Source: an uncultured Candidatus Saccharibacteria bacterium (GTDB taxonomy: Bacteria > Patescibacteriota > Minisyncoccia > Phycocordibacterales > UBA9973). Taken from it: 64,000 nucleotides of DNA. Location of the stretch: positions 274,105-338,104 of the forward strand of contig CAZYIA010000001.1 of NCBI GenBank assembly GCA_964646765.1. Reading direction: 5' to 3'. Position numbers and translations under genes: made by a program. Positions within the stretch are counted from its first letter, which is position 1; each line of letters opens with the position of its first letter. A model generated the notes under the pieces. The model ran no database searches. It was not told where the DNA came from and saw only the letters and a program-made list of their open reading frames with translations. Positions 56,222-64,000 of this stretch are shown piece by piece.

Positions 56222-56584
56222 ATGGAAACTATCGAAATCGAAAAAAGAGAAAATGTCGCAATAATCACATTACCTGAAAACGCTGCATATGAAGTTGCCG
56301 ATGCACTAAAAAAAGAATTTGTCGTACTTAACAATGAGGGGCAAAGAAACTTTATTCTTGATTTAAACAAAACTAAACAGTTCGGGACTACTGGACTACA
56401 TGCGGTTTTGATAGCACACAAACTCTGCAAAGAATCAGGTGGTATATGCGTACTTACACATCTTAGTGAGCCAATTAAAAAACTCATTAAAATTGCACAG
56501 CTTGAGCCGATACTCCAAATTGAAAACGATTTGGATTCTGCACTGAATTATATTTTTAACGAAACTAATCAATACGCAGGATAA
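56222..56584 (+). CDS. STAS-domain protein (anti-sigma-factor antagonist family)
   Basis: Start METIEIEKRENVAIITL (track ORF begins upstream at 56114); STAS-like layout. Confidence 0.55.
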   Translation: METIEIEKRENVAIITLPENAAYEVADALKKEFVVLNNEGQRNFILDLNKTKQFGTTGLHAVLIAHKLCKESGGICVLTHLSEPIKKLIKIAQLEPILQIENDLDSALNYIFNETNQYAG

Positions 56585-56647
56585 TTTTTCCTGTCAAAGG
56601 TATAAAGGCGGTCACAGACTTCGTTGTCTGCGGCCGGCCTTTTTATT

Positions 56648-57706
56648 TTATGCCAATTTTTCTTTCAGATACGTCACCCACGGAATCTGACTTGGATCTA
56701 CGCCGTGGAGTAAACCGAGATAGTAAGAAATATACTCGCTTGCTTCAATGGCACGAATTGTTTCGGTGAAGATATCAACTTCAGAAAATGGTAGCTCAAA
56801 TACTTCTATTCCTTGCTTGGCTACAACCTCTTTTGTCACTGCTACTCGTTTTTTAATTCGGTCGCTGTATTTTGAAGATGTGAGGAAAATAAACGCCAGA
56901 TTTTGTTTATTTGTTTCTGGAAATGAAAGACCTTCTAAAAGATGATGGTTGAGCTCTGGCAATTCATGATAGACCGCAAATGCTTTGCTTGTTTCGTTGA
57001 ATTGATTTTGCAAAAAATGAGCCACCTGACCTAAATGCTCAGCACCAACAATAATCGGATTTTTATGGTTTAACTTTTCTGCCAGGTCTATAAGTGTTTC
57101 ATTTTTTTCTTTAGTAAGCGCCAAAAGAATTGAATCTATTGAAATACTCCTTGAAAGCAAACTCAGATTTTCAAGCGCACCGATTAACGCAAAGAGTGAG
57201 CCACCTAAACCAAAACGTGGCTGCCCACACGGGTTAGTTTCTTCGGAGAGTAAGGCGACAGGATATTTTTTTTCTTCGGCAATTTTTTGGAGTGTACCCC
57301 CAACAGTAATTACAGAAATCTTCGCTTTTTTTTCTTCAGCGAGCGAGAGCGCAGCGAGCGTTTCTTCAGTCGTGCCTGAATAACTCATCGAAATGACAAG
57401 CGTATTTTCTGATACATACTCTGGTAGTCCGTAGCGACTCCAGATCTCAAAAGGCATCATAACAATGTTCTGTGACTTCACAATATGGCCAGGAAGCGCT
57501 GAACCACCCATGCCTAATACAACCACATTTGAAACGTTTTTGTATGAATCGGGAAACACAACACTCTTCCCTACTTTGTACCCGCTTTCACACTGCTTCG
57601 GAAAAAGCAGAATGGATCCAAAAACATTTTTCGGATCTAGAGTACTCTGTAATTTTTTTAGATTATCGTTCATGTGCTTCAATAATTTGCCGCAAACTGG
57701 CAGCAT
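56648..57706 (-). CDS. bifunctional phosphoglucose/phosphomannose isomerase (SIS-domain, archaeal-type)
   Basis: 352 aa; SIS motifs VVVLGMGGSA, ISMSYSGTTEET. Confidence 0.65.
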   Translation of the reverse strand: MLPVCGKLLKHMNDNLKKLQSTLDPKNVFGSILLFPKQCESGYKVGKSVVFPDSYKNVSNVVVLGMGGSALPGHIVKSQNIVMMPFEIWSRYGLPEYVSENTLVISMSYSGTTEETLAALSLAEEKKAKISVITVGGTLQKIAEEKKYPVALLSEETNPCGQPRFGLGGSLFALIGALENLSLLSRSISIDSILLALTKEKNETLIDLAEKLNHKNPIIVGAEHLGQVAHFLQNQFNETSKAFAVYHELPELNHHLLEGLSFPETNKQNLAFIFLTSSKYSDRIKKRVAVTKEVVAKQGIEVFELPFSEVDIFTETIRAIEASEYISYYLGLLHGVDPSQIPWVTYLKEKLA

Positions 57707-58847
57707 CCGTGGCTTCGTCCATAATTTTCATTCGAAGTTCTTTGGAGCCTGACCAACCGTGAATGTAGGCCTTCACGTGCTTTTTCATAATCGAGAAACT
57801 CTTTATATCACCAAGAAGTTCTTCGAACAATGTCGCCTGTTCAATAAGCATGGAAAGCCGTTCCTCTTTTGAAACAGAGGAAATTGTATAGCGCGCATCC
57901 CCACCACTAAATTTTTTAGCAAAACGAGCTGGTAAGAAACGAGCATACCACGGCAATTTCCAATTTCCCTTCTGAACAATTTTTCGATTGCTATCAAACA
58001 ACCATGGGTTACCGAAGATTGCTCGACCAACCATAATACCGTCACAGCCAGTTTCTCGTACTTTCTTTTCCCCGTCTTCTCGATCGGAGACATCGCCATT
58101 ACCAATAATCTTGGTGGCAACTCCAAGTTTGTTACGAATTTCTACCGCTCGCTTTACAAATTCCCATCGTGCCGGCACTTTAGACATTTCTTTACGCGTT
58201 CGAGCATGCACAGTCAGCGCAGCAATATTTTCTTTGAGCAGTAGCGGAATCCAAGTTTCAAGTTCTACTGTGTTATAACCAACGCGAGTCTTAACCGAGA
58301 TTGGAAGATTTGGTGCGCCACGTTTCGCAGCGCGAACCACTTCGAGGGCAATATCGGGAGTTTTGATCATGCATGCTCCTGCACCTTGCTTCTCGATTGA
58401 TTTATCTGGACAACCCATATTAATATCGATACCGTCATAACCAAGTTCGGCACAAAGTTTTGCCGCTCCTTCAATATTTTTTGGATTCGAACCGAAGATT
58501 TGAGCAACGATCGGATGCTCTTCTTTGGTAAATGAGAGATCACGCATTAAAGCGTCTCGGCCGCCTTGCATTAAACCATCTGCGGAAACGAATTCTGTCC
58601 AAAATACATCAGGGCCGCCACCTATCTCTCCGTGGCGCGAGGCTTTTGCGACGATTTGCCGAAATGCCGCGTCAGTGACATCAGCCATTGGTGCAAGAGC
58701 GAAAAACGGTTTCGGTAACCGTTCCCAAAAGCCCATAAGTATATTATCCGTTCTTTTTTGTTCCATCAGTTTGTGAAGCATCAGCTGAATCGCTGAACTT
58801 GTAATACACCTTTTTTGAAAAGCGAAGATCGATATATTCGAGTGCAT
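57663..58847 (-). CDS. dus: tRNA-dihydrouridine synthase
   Basis: FALAPMADVTDAAFR..., catalytic Cys region, FMN-binding TIM barrel; start probably downstream of track start (MGFWERL at 58739) to avoid overlap with upstream gene. Confidence 0.75.
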   Translation of the reverse strand: MHSNISIFAFQKRCITSSAIQLMLHKLMEQKRTDNILMGFWERLPKPFFALAPMADVTDAAFRQIVAKASRHGEIGGGPDVFWTEFVSADGLMQGGRDALMRDLSFTKEEHPIVAQIFGSNPKNIEGAAKLCAELGYDGIDINMGCPDKSIEKQGAGACMIKTPDIALEVVRAAKRGAPNLPISVKTRVGYNTVELETWIPLLLKENIAALTVHARTRKEMSKVPARWEFVKRAVEIRNKLGVATKIIGNGDVSDREDGEKKVRETGCDGIMVGRAIFGNPWLFDSNRKIVQKGNWKLPWYARFLPARFAKKFSGGDARYTISSVSKEERLSMLIEQATLFEELLGDIKSFSIMKKHVKAYIHGWSGSKELRMKIMDEATDAASLRQIIEAHER

Positions 58848-59649
58848 CAGGAGTTTTTATCATCTTTGATTTTAGTGGATCGGTAGCAAGCGCTGCAGAA
58901 AGATATGAGAGTAATGTTTCAGGATTGTCATTACTTTTAACAACAATGCGACCACGATTTTCCATTGGTGGTGTTCCAATTAAGAACTCATTAGTGTCAC
59001 CTAAGAGTACAACAGCGTGTGGTGTAAACCCAAGTTTTTCCAGTCCTTCTGAAAACGCAACAACGGTACTGAACATCTCTGGCGATACTACCTGGGTACC
59101 AATTGCATTAGCCTCATCAGAAACAGCTCCGCCAAAAAATTTCAAATAAATTGTTCCACTAAATGCTGGTGCAGGAGCAAAAACATAGCCTTGATCATCA
59201 AGATACATACAGATTCCATCGAGTGAAAAATTATTACCACACCAGAGATACAATCCTTTGCGCTCAGTGGCGGTAAATGAGAGCGCTCGAAATCCATCTG
59301 GAACTAAGCGACTATCTTTGAGGCGAGGAAATTTTTCTGTGATATCTTCTAAAATTTCTTTCTTCGGATACACTAAAATACTATTTTTAGGAATGATCCA
59401 TAAAATAGTTCCGCTAAGTTGCGAAAAAATTTCGGCTTGAACTGCCAGAGGAGAAGTAACTTCAGTTCCTGATACATGTACCGTTGTGATTCGGAAAGTG
59501 GGCATACGAATAATAAGCACTACTCCCAAAAAACCAACCACAAGCGTTATAAAAATTGCATAAAGTACAAAAAAACGATGCTCTCCTCGCTTGCGCCGAA
59601 GCTCGAGTACACGTGGCGATTCTTTCCTGCTCCCGTAGTAGGTCGCCAT
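58744..59649 (-). CDS. ftsQ: cell division protein FtsQ/DivIB-like (POTRA)
   Basis: 301 aa; single N-terminal TM then POTRA-like domain. Confidence 0.45.
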   Translation of the reverse strand: MATYYGSRKESPRVLELRRKRGEHRFFVLYAIFITLVVGFLGVVLIIRMPTFRITTVHVSGTEVTSPLAVQAEIFSQLSGTILWIIPKNSILVYPKKEILEDITEKFPRLKDSRLVPDGFRALSFTATERKGLYLWCGNNFSLDGICMYLDDQGYVFAPAPAFSGTIYLKFFGGAVSDEANAIGTQVVSPEMFSTVVAFSEGLEKLGFTPHAVVLLGDTNEFLIGTPPMENRGRIVVKSNDNPETLLSYLSAALATDPLKSKMIKTPDALEYIDLRFSKKVYYKFSDSADASQTDGTKKNG

Positions 59650-59656
59650 ACTTTTT

Positions 59657-60931
59657 TTATGAGCGACGTTTAATTATCGTTTTGCCACCCATATATGGCA
59701 CCAATACATCAGGGATACGAACTGAACCATCAGCATTCTGATAGTTTTCTAAAATAGCGGCAGGTAATCGAGAAGTAGCACAAGCAGTGTTGTTAAGCGA
59801 ATGAGCATAGCGAAGTTTACCGTCTTCATCTTTATAGCGGATATTTAAACGACGAGTTTGAAAATCATGAAAATACGAAGATGAGTGTGTTTCGCGATAC
59901 TTTGATTGTGATGGCATCCAAGCTTCAATGTCATACTTCTTTACTTGTCCTAAACCAAGATCACCGCCACAGTTCACCACGACATGGTATGGGAGCTTGA
60001 GCGCCTGCATAAGATTTTCGACATGCGCAGTTATTTCCTCATGAAATTGTACGGAAAGCTCGTGATTCGCTTCACATAAGATAACTTGTTCGAGTTTGAA
60101 AAATTCATGCACGCGAATAATACCTTTTACATCTTTGCCGTGTGCTCCAGCTTCACGACGAAAACATGGCGAGAAGGCTAAAATCTTTTTGGGAAAATCC
60201 GATTTCTCAAGTACTTCGTCAGAATGATAGAACATGGTGGCAACCTCGCCAGTTCCAGCAAGGTAATCGCCATCTTGAGTCTTATAGAGATCGTCTTCTC
60301 CTTGTGGTAAGTATCCGGTACCGAACAATGCGTCACGTTTTACAAGTGATGGCACAATCATCGGCGTATACCCTTTCTGAATAAAATACTGAAGCGTAAA
60401 TTGCCACAGTGCAAAGAAAAGTTCAGCCCCTTCATTTTTCATAAAGTAGCCACGAAAACCAGCAACTTTTGCACCACGCTCAAAATCAGCAAGGTCGAGA
60501 TCTTCACAAATCGCGACGTGATCTTTTGGAGTAAAATCAAATGTTGGAATATCGCCCCACTTTTTTACTTCTACGTTTTGCTCATCGCTCTCGCCTTCTG
60601 GAACTGTCATGTCGGGAATATTTGGTACTCGAAGCATCATTGCCTGCCAATCGTGCATCACAGTCTTTAATTCTTCTTCGCGGTTTTTGAGATCTTCTTT
60701 GAGCGTTTTCATCTCGTTGATCATCTGTAAGCGCTTGTTTGCGTCTTTTTCGACAGCGATGTGGTTAGACATCTGATTTTGCTCAGCACGTAATATTTCG
60801 AATGAAGAAAGAGCAGCGAGACGTTTATCGTCAAGCGCAAGAAGTTCCGTTACATCAAACGGAATGTGCTTCTTCTTTGCTCCTTCTTGGATGAGGTCTT
60901 TATTATCGCGGATGAATTTAATGTCGAGCAT
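59657..60931 (-). CDS. serS: serine--tRNA ligase
   Basis: 424 aa; N-terminal coiled-coil arm, class II catalytic core. Confidence 0.9.
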   Translation of the reverse strand: MLDIKFIRDNKDLIQEGAKKKHIPFDVTELLALDDKRLAALSSFEILRAEQNQMSNHIAVEKDANKRLQMINEMKTLKEDLKNREEELKTVMHDWQAMMLRVPNIPDMTVPEGESDEQNVEVKKWGDIPTFDFTPKDHVAICEDLDLADFERGAKVAGFRGYFMKNEGAELFFALWQFTLQYFIQKGYTPMIVPSLVKRDALFGTGYLPQGEDDLYKTQDGDYLAGTGEVATMFYHSDEVLEKSDFPKKILAFSPCFRREAGAHGKDVKGIIRVHEFFKLEQVILCEANHELSVQFHEEITAHVENLMQALKLPYHVVVNCGGDLGLGQVKKYDIEAWMPSQSKYRETHSSSYFHDFQTRRLNIRYKDEDGKLRYAHSLNNTACATSRLPAAILENYQNADGSVRIPDVLVPYMGGKTIIKRRS

Positions 60932-61014
60932 ATAGTATAGAGACCGAAAGTTTAAATTAAATTGAACTTTCAGTATTAAGCTATCCTAACAGCAAAGTAA
61001 TAAAATGGAAAGTT

Positions 61015-61866
61015 ATGCGAATACTACGAGATAGGGACATCCCTCCACAACTTCGAGAAATCCCACAACCACCCGAAATACTCTATATAGAGGGAGAATT
61101 GCCACCGCCTTCTACAATAGTACTTGGGGTTGTTGGCTCACGAAAATATACCCAGTACGGTAAAGAAGCATGTCGAGAGCTTATTATCTCTTTGCGTGGC
61201 TATCCAATTGCCATTATTTCGGGACTAGCATTAGGTATTGATGCTATCGCTCATGAGGCAGCTTTGGAAGCTAAACTAACAACTATCGCCTTTCCTGGGT
61301 CTGGGCTTCATCCACGAGCGCTCTACCCCGCTCAACATTTTTCTTTAGCCCAACGAATTATTGAGAGTGGTGGTGCACTTATTTCAGAACTTGATCCAAA
61401 TGAGCGTGCCGCACCGTGGACATTTCCAAAACGTAATCGCTTAATGGCTGGATACGCAAAAGCACTATTAGTTATTGAGGCAGAAGAAAAATCCGGCACA
61501 CTTATTACTGCACGATTAGCTACTGAATACAACCGCGATGTACTAGCGATTCCAGGATCAATTTTTTCGGCTACCTCTCGTGGCACTAATTTTTTAATTC
61601 GCCAAGGAGCCACTCCAATTCGTGACAAACATGATTTGTTAGAAGCTTTAGGTTTTGAGGAAATTAAAGAAAGAACGGTACAAGAGCAACTTGAAGAACT
61701 TTCACCGCAAGAAAAACTAGTCCTAGAAATTCTTAGTGAACCTACATCACGAGACACCATTATAGAGCGGCTAAACATTCCTGCACATGAAGTAAATATT
61801 GTGCTTTCTATTCTTGAAATTAAAGGCTTCATTAGCGAATCATTTGGTGAGATTAGACAAATTTGA
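61015..61866 (+). CDS. dprA: DNA processing protein DprA (SMF family)
   Basis: 283 aa; Rossmann-like GVVGSRKYT...ISGLALGIDAIAHEAAL...TIAFPGSGL. Confidence 0.85.
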   Translation: MRILRDRDIPPQLREIPQPPEILYIEGELPPPSTIVLGVVGSRKYTQYGKEACRELIISLRGYPIAIISGLALGIDAIAHEAALEAKLTTIAFPGSGLHPRALYPAQHFSLAQRIIESGGALISELDPNERAAPWTFPKRNRLMAGYAKALLVIEAEEKSGTLITARLATEYNRDVLAIPGSIFSATSRGTNFLIRQGATPIRDKHDLLEALGFEEIKERTVQEQLEELSPQEKLVLEILSEPTSRDTIIERLNIPAHEVNIVLSILEIKGFISESFGEIRQI

Positions 61867-61911
61867 CGTCAAAAATATTATCTTGTAGTTTAAAAAGAAA
61901 AAGAAATTACC

Positions 61912-62247
61912 ATGAAAACTTTACAATCTGCCATTTCCTACATTCTTAATTTGAATGATGGAATCTATGCCTTACTGTGCATAGTCATACTTTTACCAAT
62001 AAGCACATTTCTTAGCTACCAGTTGTTCGGTAACCTTAGTTCTAATAACGCTACTCTCATTGCTTTACTACTCGGTGTTCTGATACTGGCAATAATTGCT
62101 CTGGCCATATTTCTCTACGCTTTTGCTGGCATATTCATCAACTTAAAATTTTTAATAACTATTTTTTCTGTCATTTTCGGAATATTGCTTATTCTACAAA
62201 TAGTTGCCACTGGCGGACATACTATTTACGATGGTGTACCATACTAA
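61912..62247 (+). CDS. hypothetical small membrane protein
   Basis: 111 aa, 3 TM. Confidence 0.4.
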   Translation: MKTLQSAISYILNLNDGIYALLCIVILLPISTFLSYQLFGNLSSNNATLIALLLGVLILAIIALAIFLYAFAGIFINLKFLITIFSVIFGILLILQIVATGGHTIYDGVPY

Positions 62248-62369
62248 AAGACATGCAAAAATTAATTTTAATTTAACTAAATCTGATAAATTTAAAAATG
62301 CCACTTAAGAACATTAGGGGGCATTTTTATTTGCCAAAAAAATGAAGCAGTGGTACTAATTAGCCCTAG

Positions 62370-64000
62370 ATGAAACTTTTAATCGTCGAATCACCATCAA
62401 AAGCAAAGACTATCGAGAAATATCTCGGTGGCGCTTTTACTGTGCGCGCTTCGGTTGGCCACATTCGCGATCTCCCAAAATCAAATAAGAAAGCAATCGA
62501 TATTGAGAAAGGTTTTGTCCCCCACTATGAAATCACGCCGGGCAAAGAAAAAGTAATTAACGAAATTGCAAGTCTTGCAAAGAAAGCAGATGAAATTATT
62601 TTGGCAACCGACCCAGACCGTGAAGGTGAAGCAATTTCTTGGCACATTACCGAGGCACTCAATTTAAAGAACACTAAATCCCGCCCAGTGAAGCGTGCAG
62701 TTTTTCATGAAATTACTAAAGACGCAGTGGAAGAAGCACTGAAACATCCACGCGAAATTGACGAAAAGCTAGTGAAAGCTCAAGAAGCTCGCCGCGTGCT
62801 TGATCGTCTTTTCGGCTATGATCTTTCGGGATTGATTTGGAAAAAAGTTCGCTATGGTCTTTCGGCTGGCCGCGTACAATCACCAGCACTCCGCATCATA
62901 ATGGAGCGTGAACGTGAAATTCGTGCATTCATTCCAGAAGATTACTGGGTACTAACGGGACAATTTGAAACCAAGAAAAAAGCTTCCCTTACTCTTACGT
63001 GCGTGGAAGAACCGCGCGATAAAAAAATTGTTGATCATATTTTAGATGCTGGAAAGAAAGGCGCTTGGAAAGTAACTGATCTAAAGGCAAGTGAACAAAA
63101 GCGCTCACCTCGTGCACCGTTTACCACAAGCACCTTACAACAAGCTGCAAGTTCACGTCTTGGATACTCTCCAAGCCGCACCATGCAAATTGCTCAAAAA
63201 CTGTACGAAGCTGGTTTCATCACCTATATGCGTACTGATTCGACAAACTTGGCTAAGCAAGCACAAGCTGAAATTCTTTCTCTCGTCACGAAAGAATATG
63301 GAAAAGAGTATGCTGAGGCTCGAGTATTTACGACTAAATCAAAGAATGCCCAAGAGGCTCACGAGGCTATTCGCCCAACTCACGCAACAACCATGAGCGC
63401 GGGTCATACCGACGAACAACACAAACTCTATCGCCTTATTTGGGAGAGAGCGGTTGCGTCACAGATGACGGATGCGAAACTCATGAAAACAAAAATCACC
63501 GCTCAAGTGGACGGTGAGAAAGATATCCCTGAATTTACAGCAAATGGTTCACGTATTCTTTTCCCTGGATGGCTCTCAGTTGATGTTGGCTCACGAGGTG
63601 AAGACGTGGAACTTCCTGAAGTCACTATTGGCGAAACACTCACCCTCAAAGATCTTTCCGCAGAAGGTAAACAAACCCAGCCTCCGGCTCGCTATACTGA
63701 AGCTGGTTTAGTGAAAGAACTTGAAGCTCGTGGCATTGGCCGCCCATCTACCTATGCGTCTATTATGCGTACGCTAGAAGATCGCGGTTATGTCACCAAA
63801 GAAGGCCGCACACTCTTCCCAACTGATACTGGGGATGTGGTTTCAACATTTATCGAAAATAATTTCAGTCAATATATTAGCGATACATTCACGGCTCAGA
63901 TGGAAGACGAGCTCGACGAAATCGCTAATGGTGAGCGTGAATATGTAAAAACCCTAAAAGAATTTTACGGTCCTTTTACTAAGGATATTAAATCGAAAGA
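62370..64000 (+). CDS. topA: DNA topoisomerase I (5' part; continues beyond window)
   Basis: Manual translation from ATG 62370: MKLLIVESPSKAKTIEKYLGG...GHIRDLP (TOPRIM), ...ATDPDREGEAISWH..., ...GFITYMRTDST (active-site Tyr region); no stop before window end so absent from ORF track. Confidence 0.85.
   Translation, partial: MKLLIVESPSKAKTIEKYLGGAFTVRASVGHIRDLPKSNKKAIDIEKGFVPHYEITPGKEKVINEIASLAKKADEIILATDPDREGEAISWHITEALNLKNTKSRPVKRAVFHEITKDAVEEALKHPREIDEKLVKAQEARRVLDRLFGYDLSGLIWKKVRYGLSAGRVQSPALRIIMEREREIRAFIPEDYWVLTGQFETKKKASLTLTCVEEPRDKKIVDHILDAGKKGAWKVTDLKASEQKRSPRAPFTTSTLQQAASSRLGYSPSRTMQIAQKLYEAGFITYMRTDSTNLAKQAQAEILSLVTKEYGKEYAEARVFTTKSKNAQEAHEAIRPTHATTMSAGHTDEQHKLYRLIWERAVASQMTDAKLMKTKITAQVDGEKDIPEFTANGSRILFPGWLSVDVGSRGEDVELPEVTIGETLTLKDLSAEGKQTQPPARYTEAGLVKELEARGIGRPSTYASIMRTLEDRGYVTKEGRTLFPTDTGDVVSTFIENNFSQYISDTFTAQMEDELDEIANGEREYVKTLKEFYGPFTKDIKSK

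Noticed and set aside
56590-56647. Possible terminator between the STAS gene and pgi/pmi (cagac-ttcgtt-gtctg ... ggccggcctttttatttt)
   Set aside because: Stem is short and imperfect. Plausible but not reportable as a confident feature.
63091-63396. 101-aa plus-strand ORF from the track (also 63514..63711)
   Set aside because: Out-of-frame ORFs inside topA. The real topA frame, starting at 62370, is missing from the track only because it lacks a stop within the window.
1-64000. Classical mobile elements (integrase, transposase, relaxase) or CRISPR arrays
   Set aside because: No ORF shows tyrosine/serine recombinase or DDE transposase motifs. No regularly spaced direct-repeat array was seen. 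The tRNA-end duplications are reported as scars or miniature elements only.

Overview
The window is about 64 kb of compact bacterial chromosome, roughly 40% GC by eye, with nearly all genes between 2.7 kb and 61 kb on the minus strand. Many proteins are short-form or hypothetical (UvrC without an HhH tail, short DnaX, archaeal-type PGI/PMI, FemAB). This suggests a small-genome lineage, possibly Patescibacteria/CPR-like, but that is inference only.

The content is mostly housekeeping:
- A truncated dcw cluster, mraZ-rsmH-ftsL-ftsI-murF.
- A second PBP2 with FemAB and an MreD-like gene.
- uvrA, uvrC, lysS, serS, greA, gdhA, purA, guaB, dnaX, truB, dus, dprA and topA. topA runs off the window end and is missing from the ORF track.
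- An ECF sigma/anti-sigma pair.
- An NDH-2 gene truncated at the 5' edge of the window.
- Five minus-strand tRNAs: Pro-CGG, Ala-UGC, Ala-GGC, Glu-CUC and Gln-UUG.

I found no CRISPR array and no integrase or transposase.

The most unusual region is 2777-11246. It carries two paralogous soluble VirD4/TraG-like coupling-protein ATPases that bracket two large paralogous cysteine-rich multi-zinc-ribbon proteins. A distinctive zinc-ribbon motif is shared between the ATPase 1 C-terminus and both ends of the cysteine-rich proteins. This is a candidate uncharacterised system.

Other notable signals:
- A family of three roughly 90-105 nt conserved elements sitting immediately 3' of three different tRNA genes. 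Each ends in a near-identical AAAAA-TCCCCA-loop-TGGGGA-TTTTT hairpin.
- Duplicated tRNA-Ala fragments.
- A perfect 46-bp palindrome downstream of murF.
- GTGGGA direct repeats in the mraZ leader.
- A GC-rich hypothetical gene next to tRNA-Gln.
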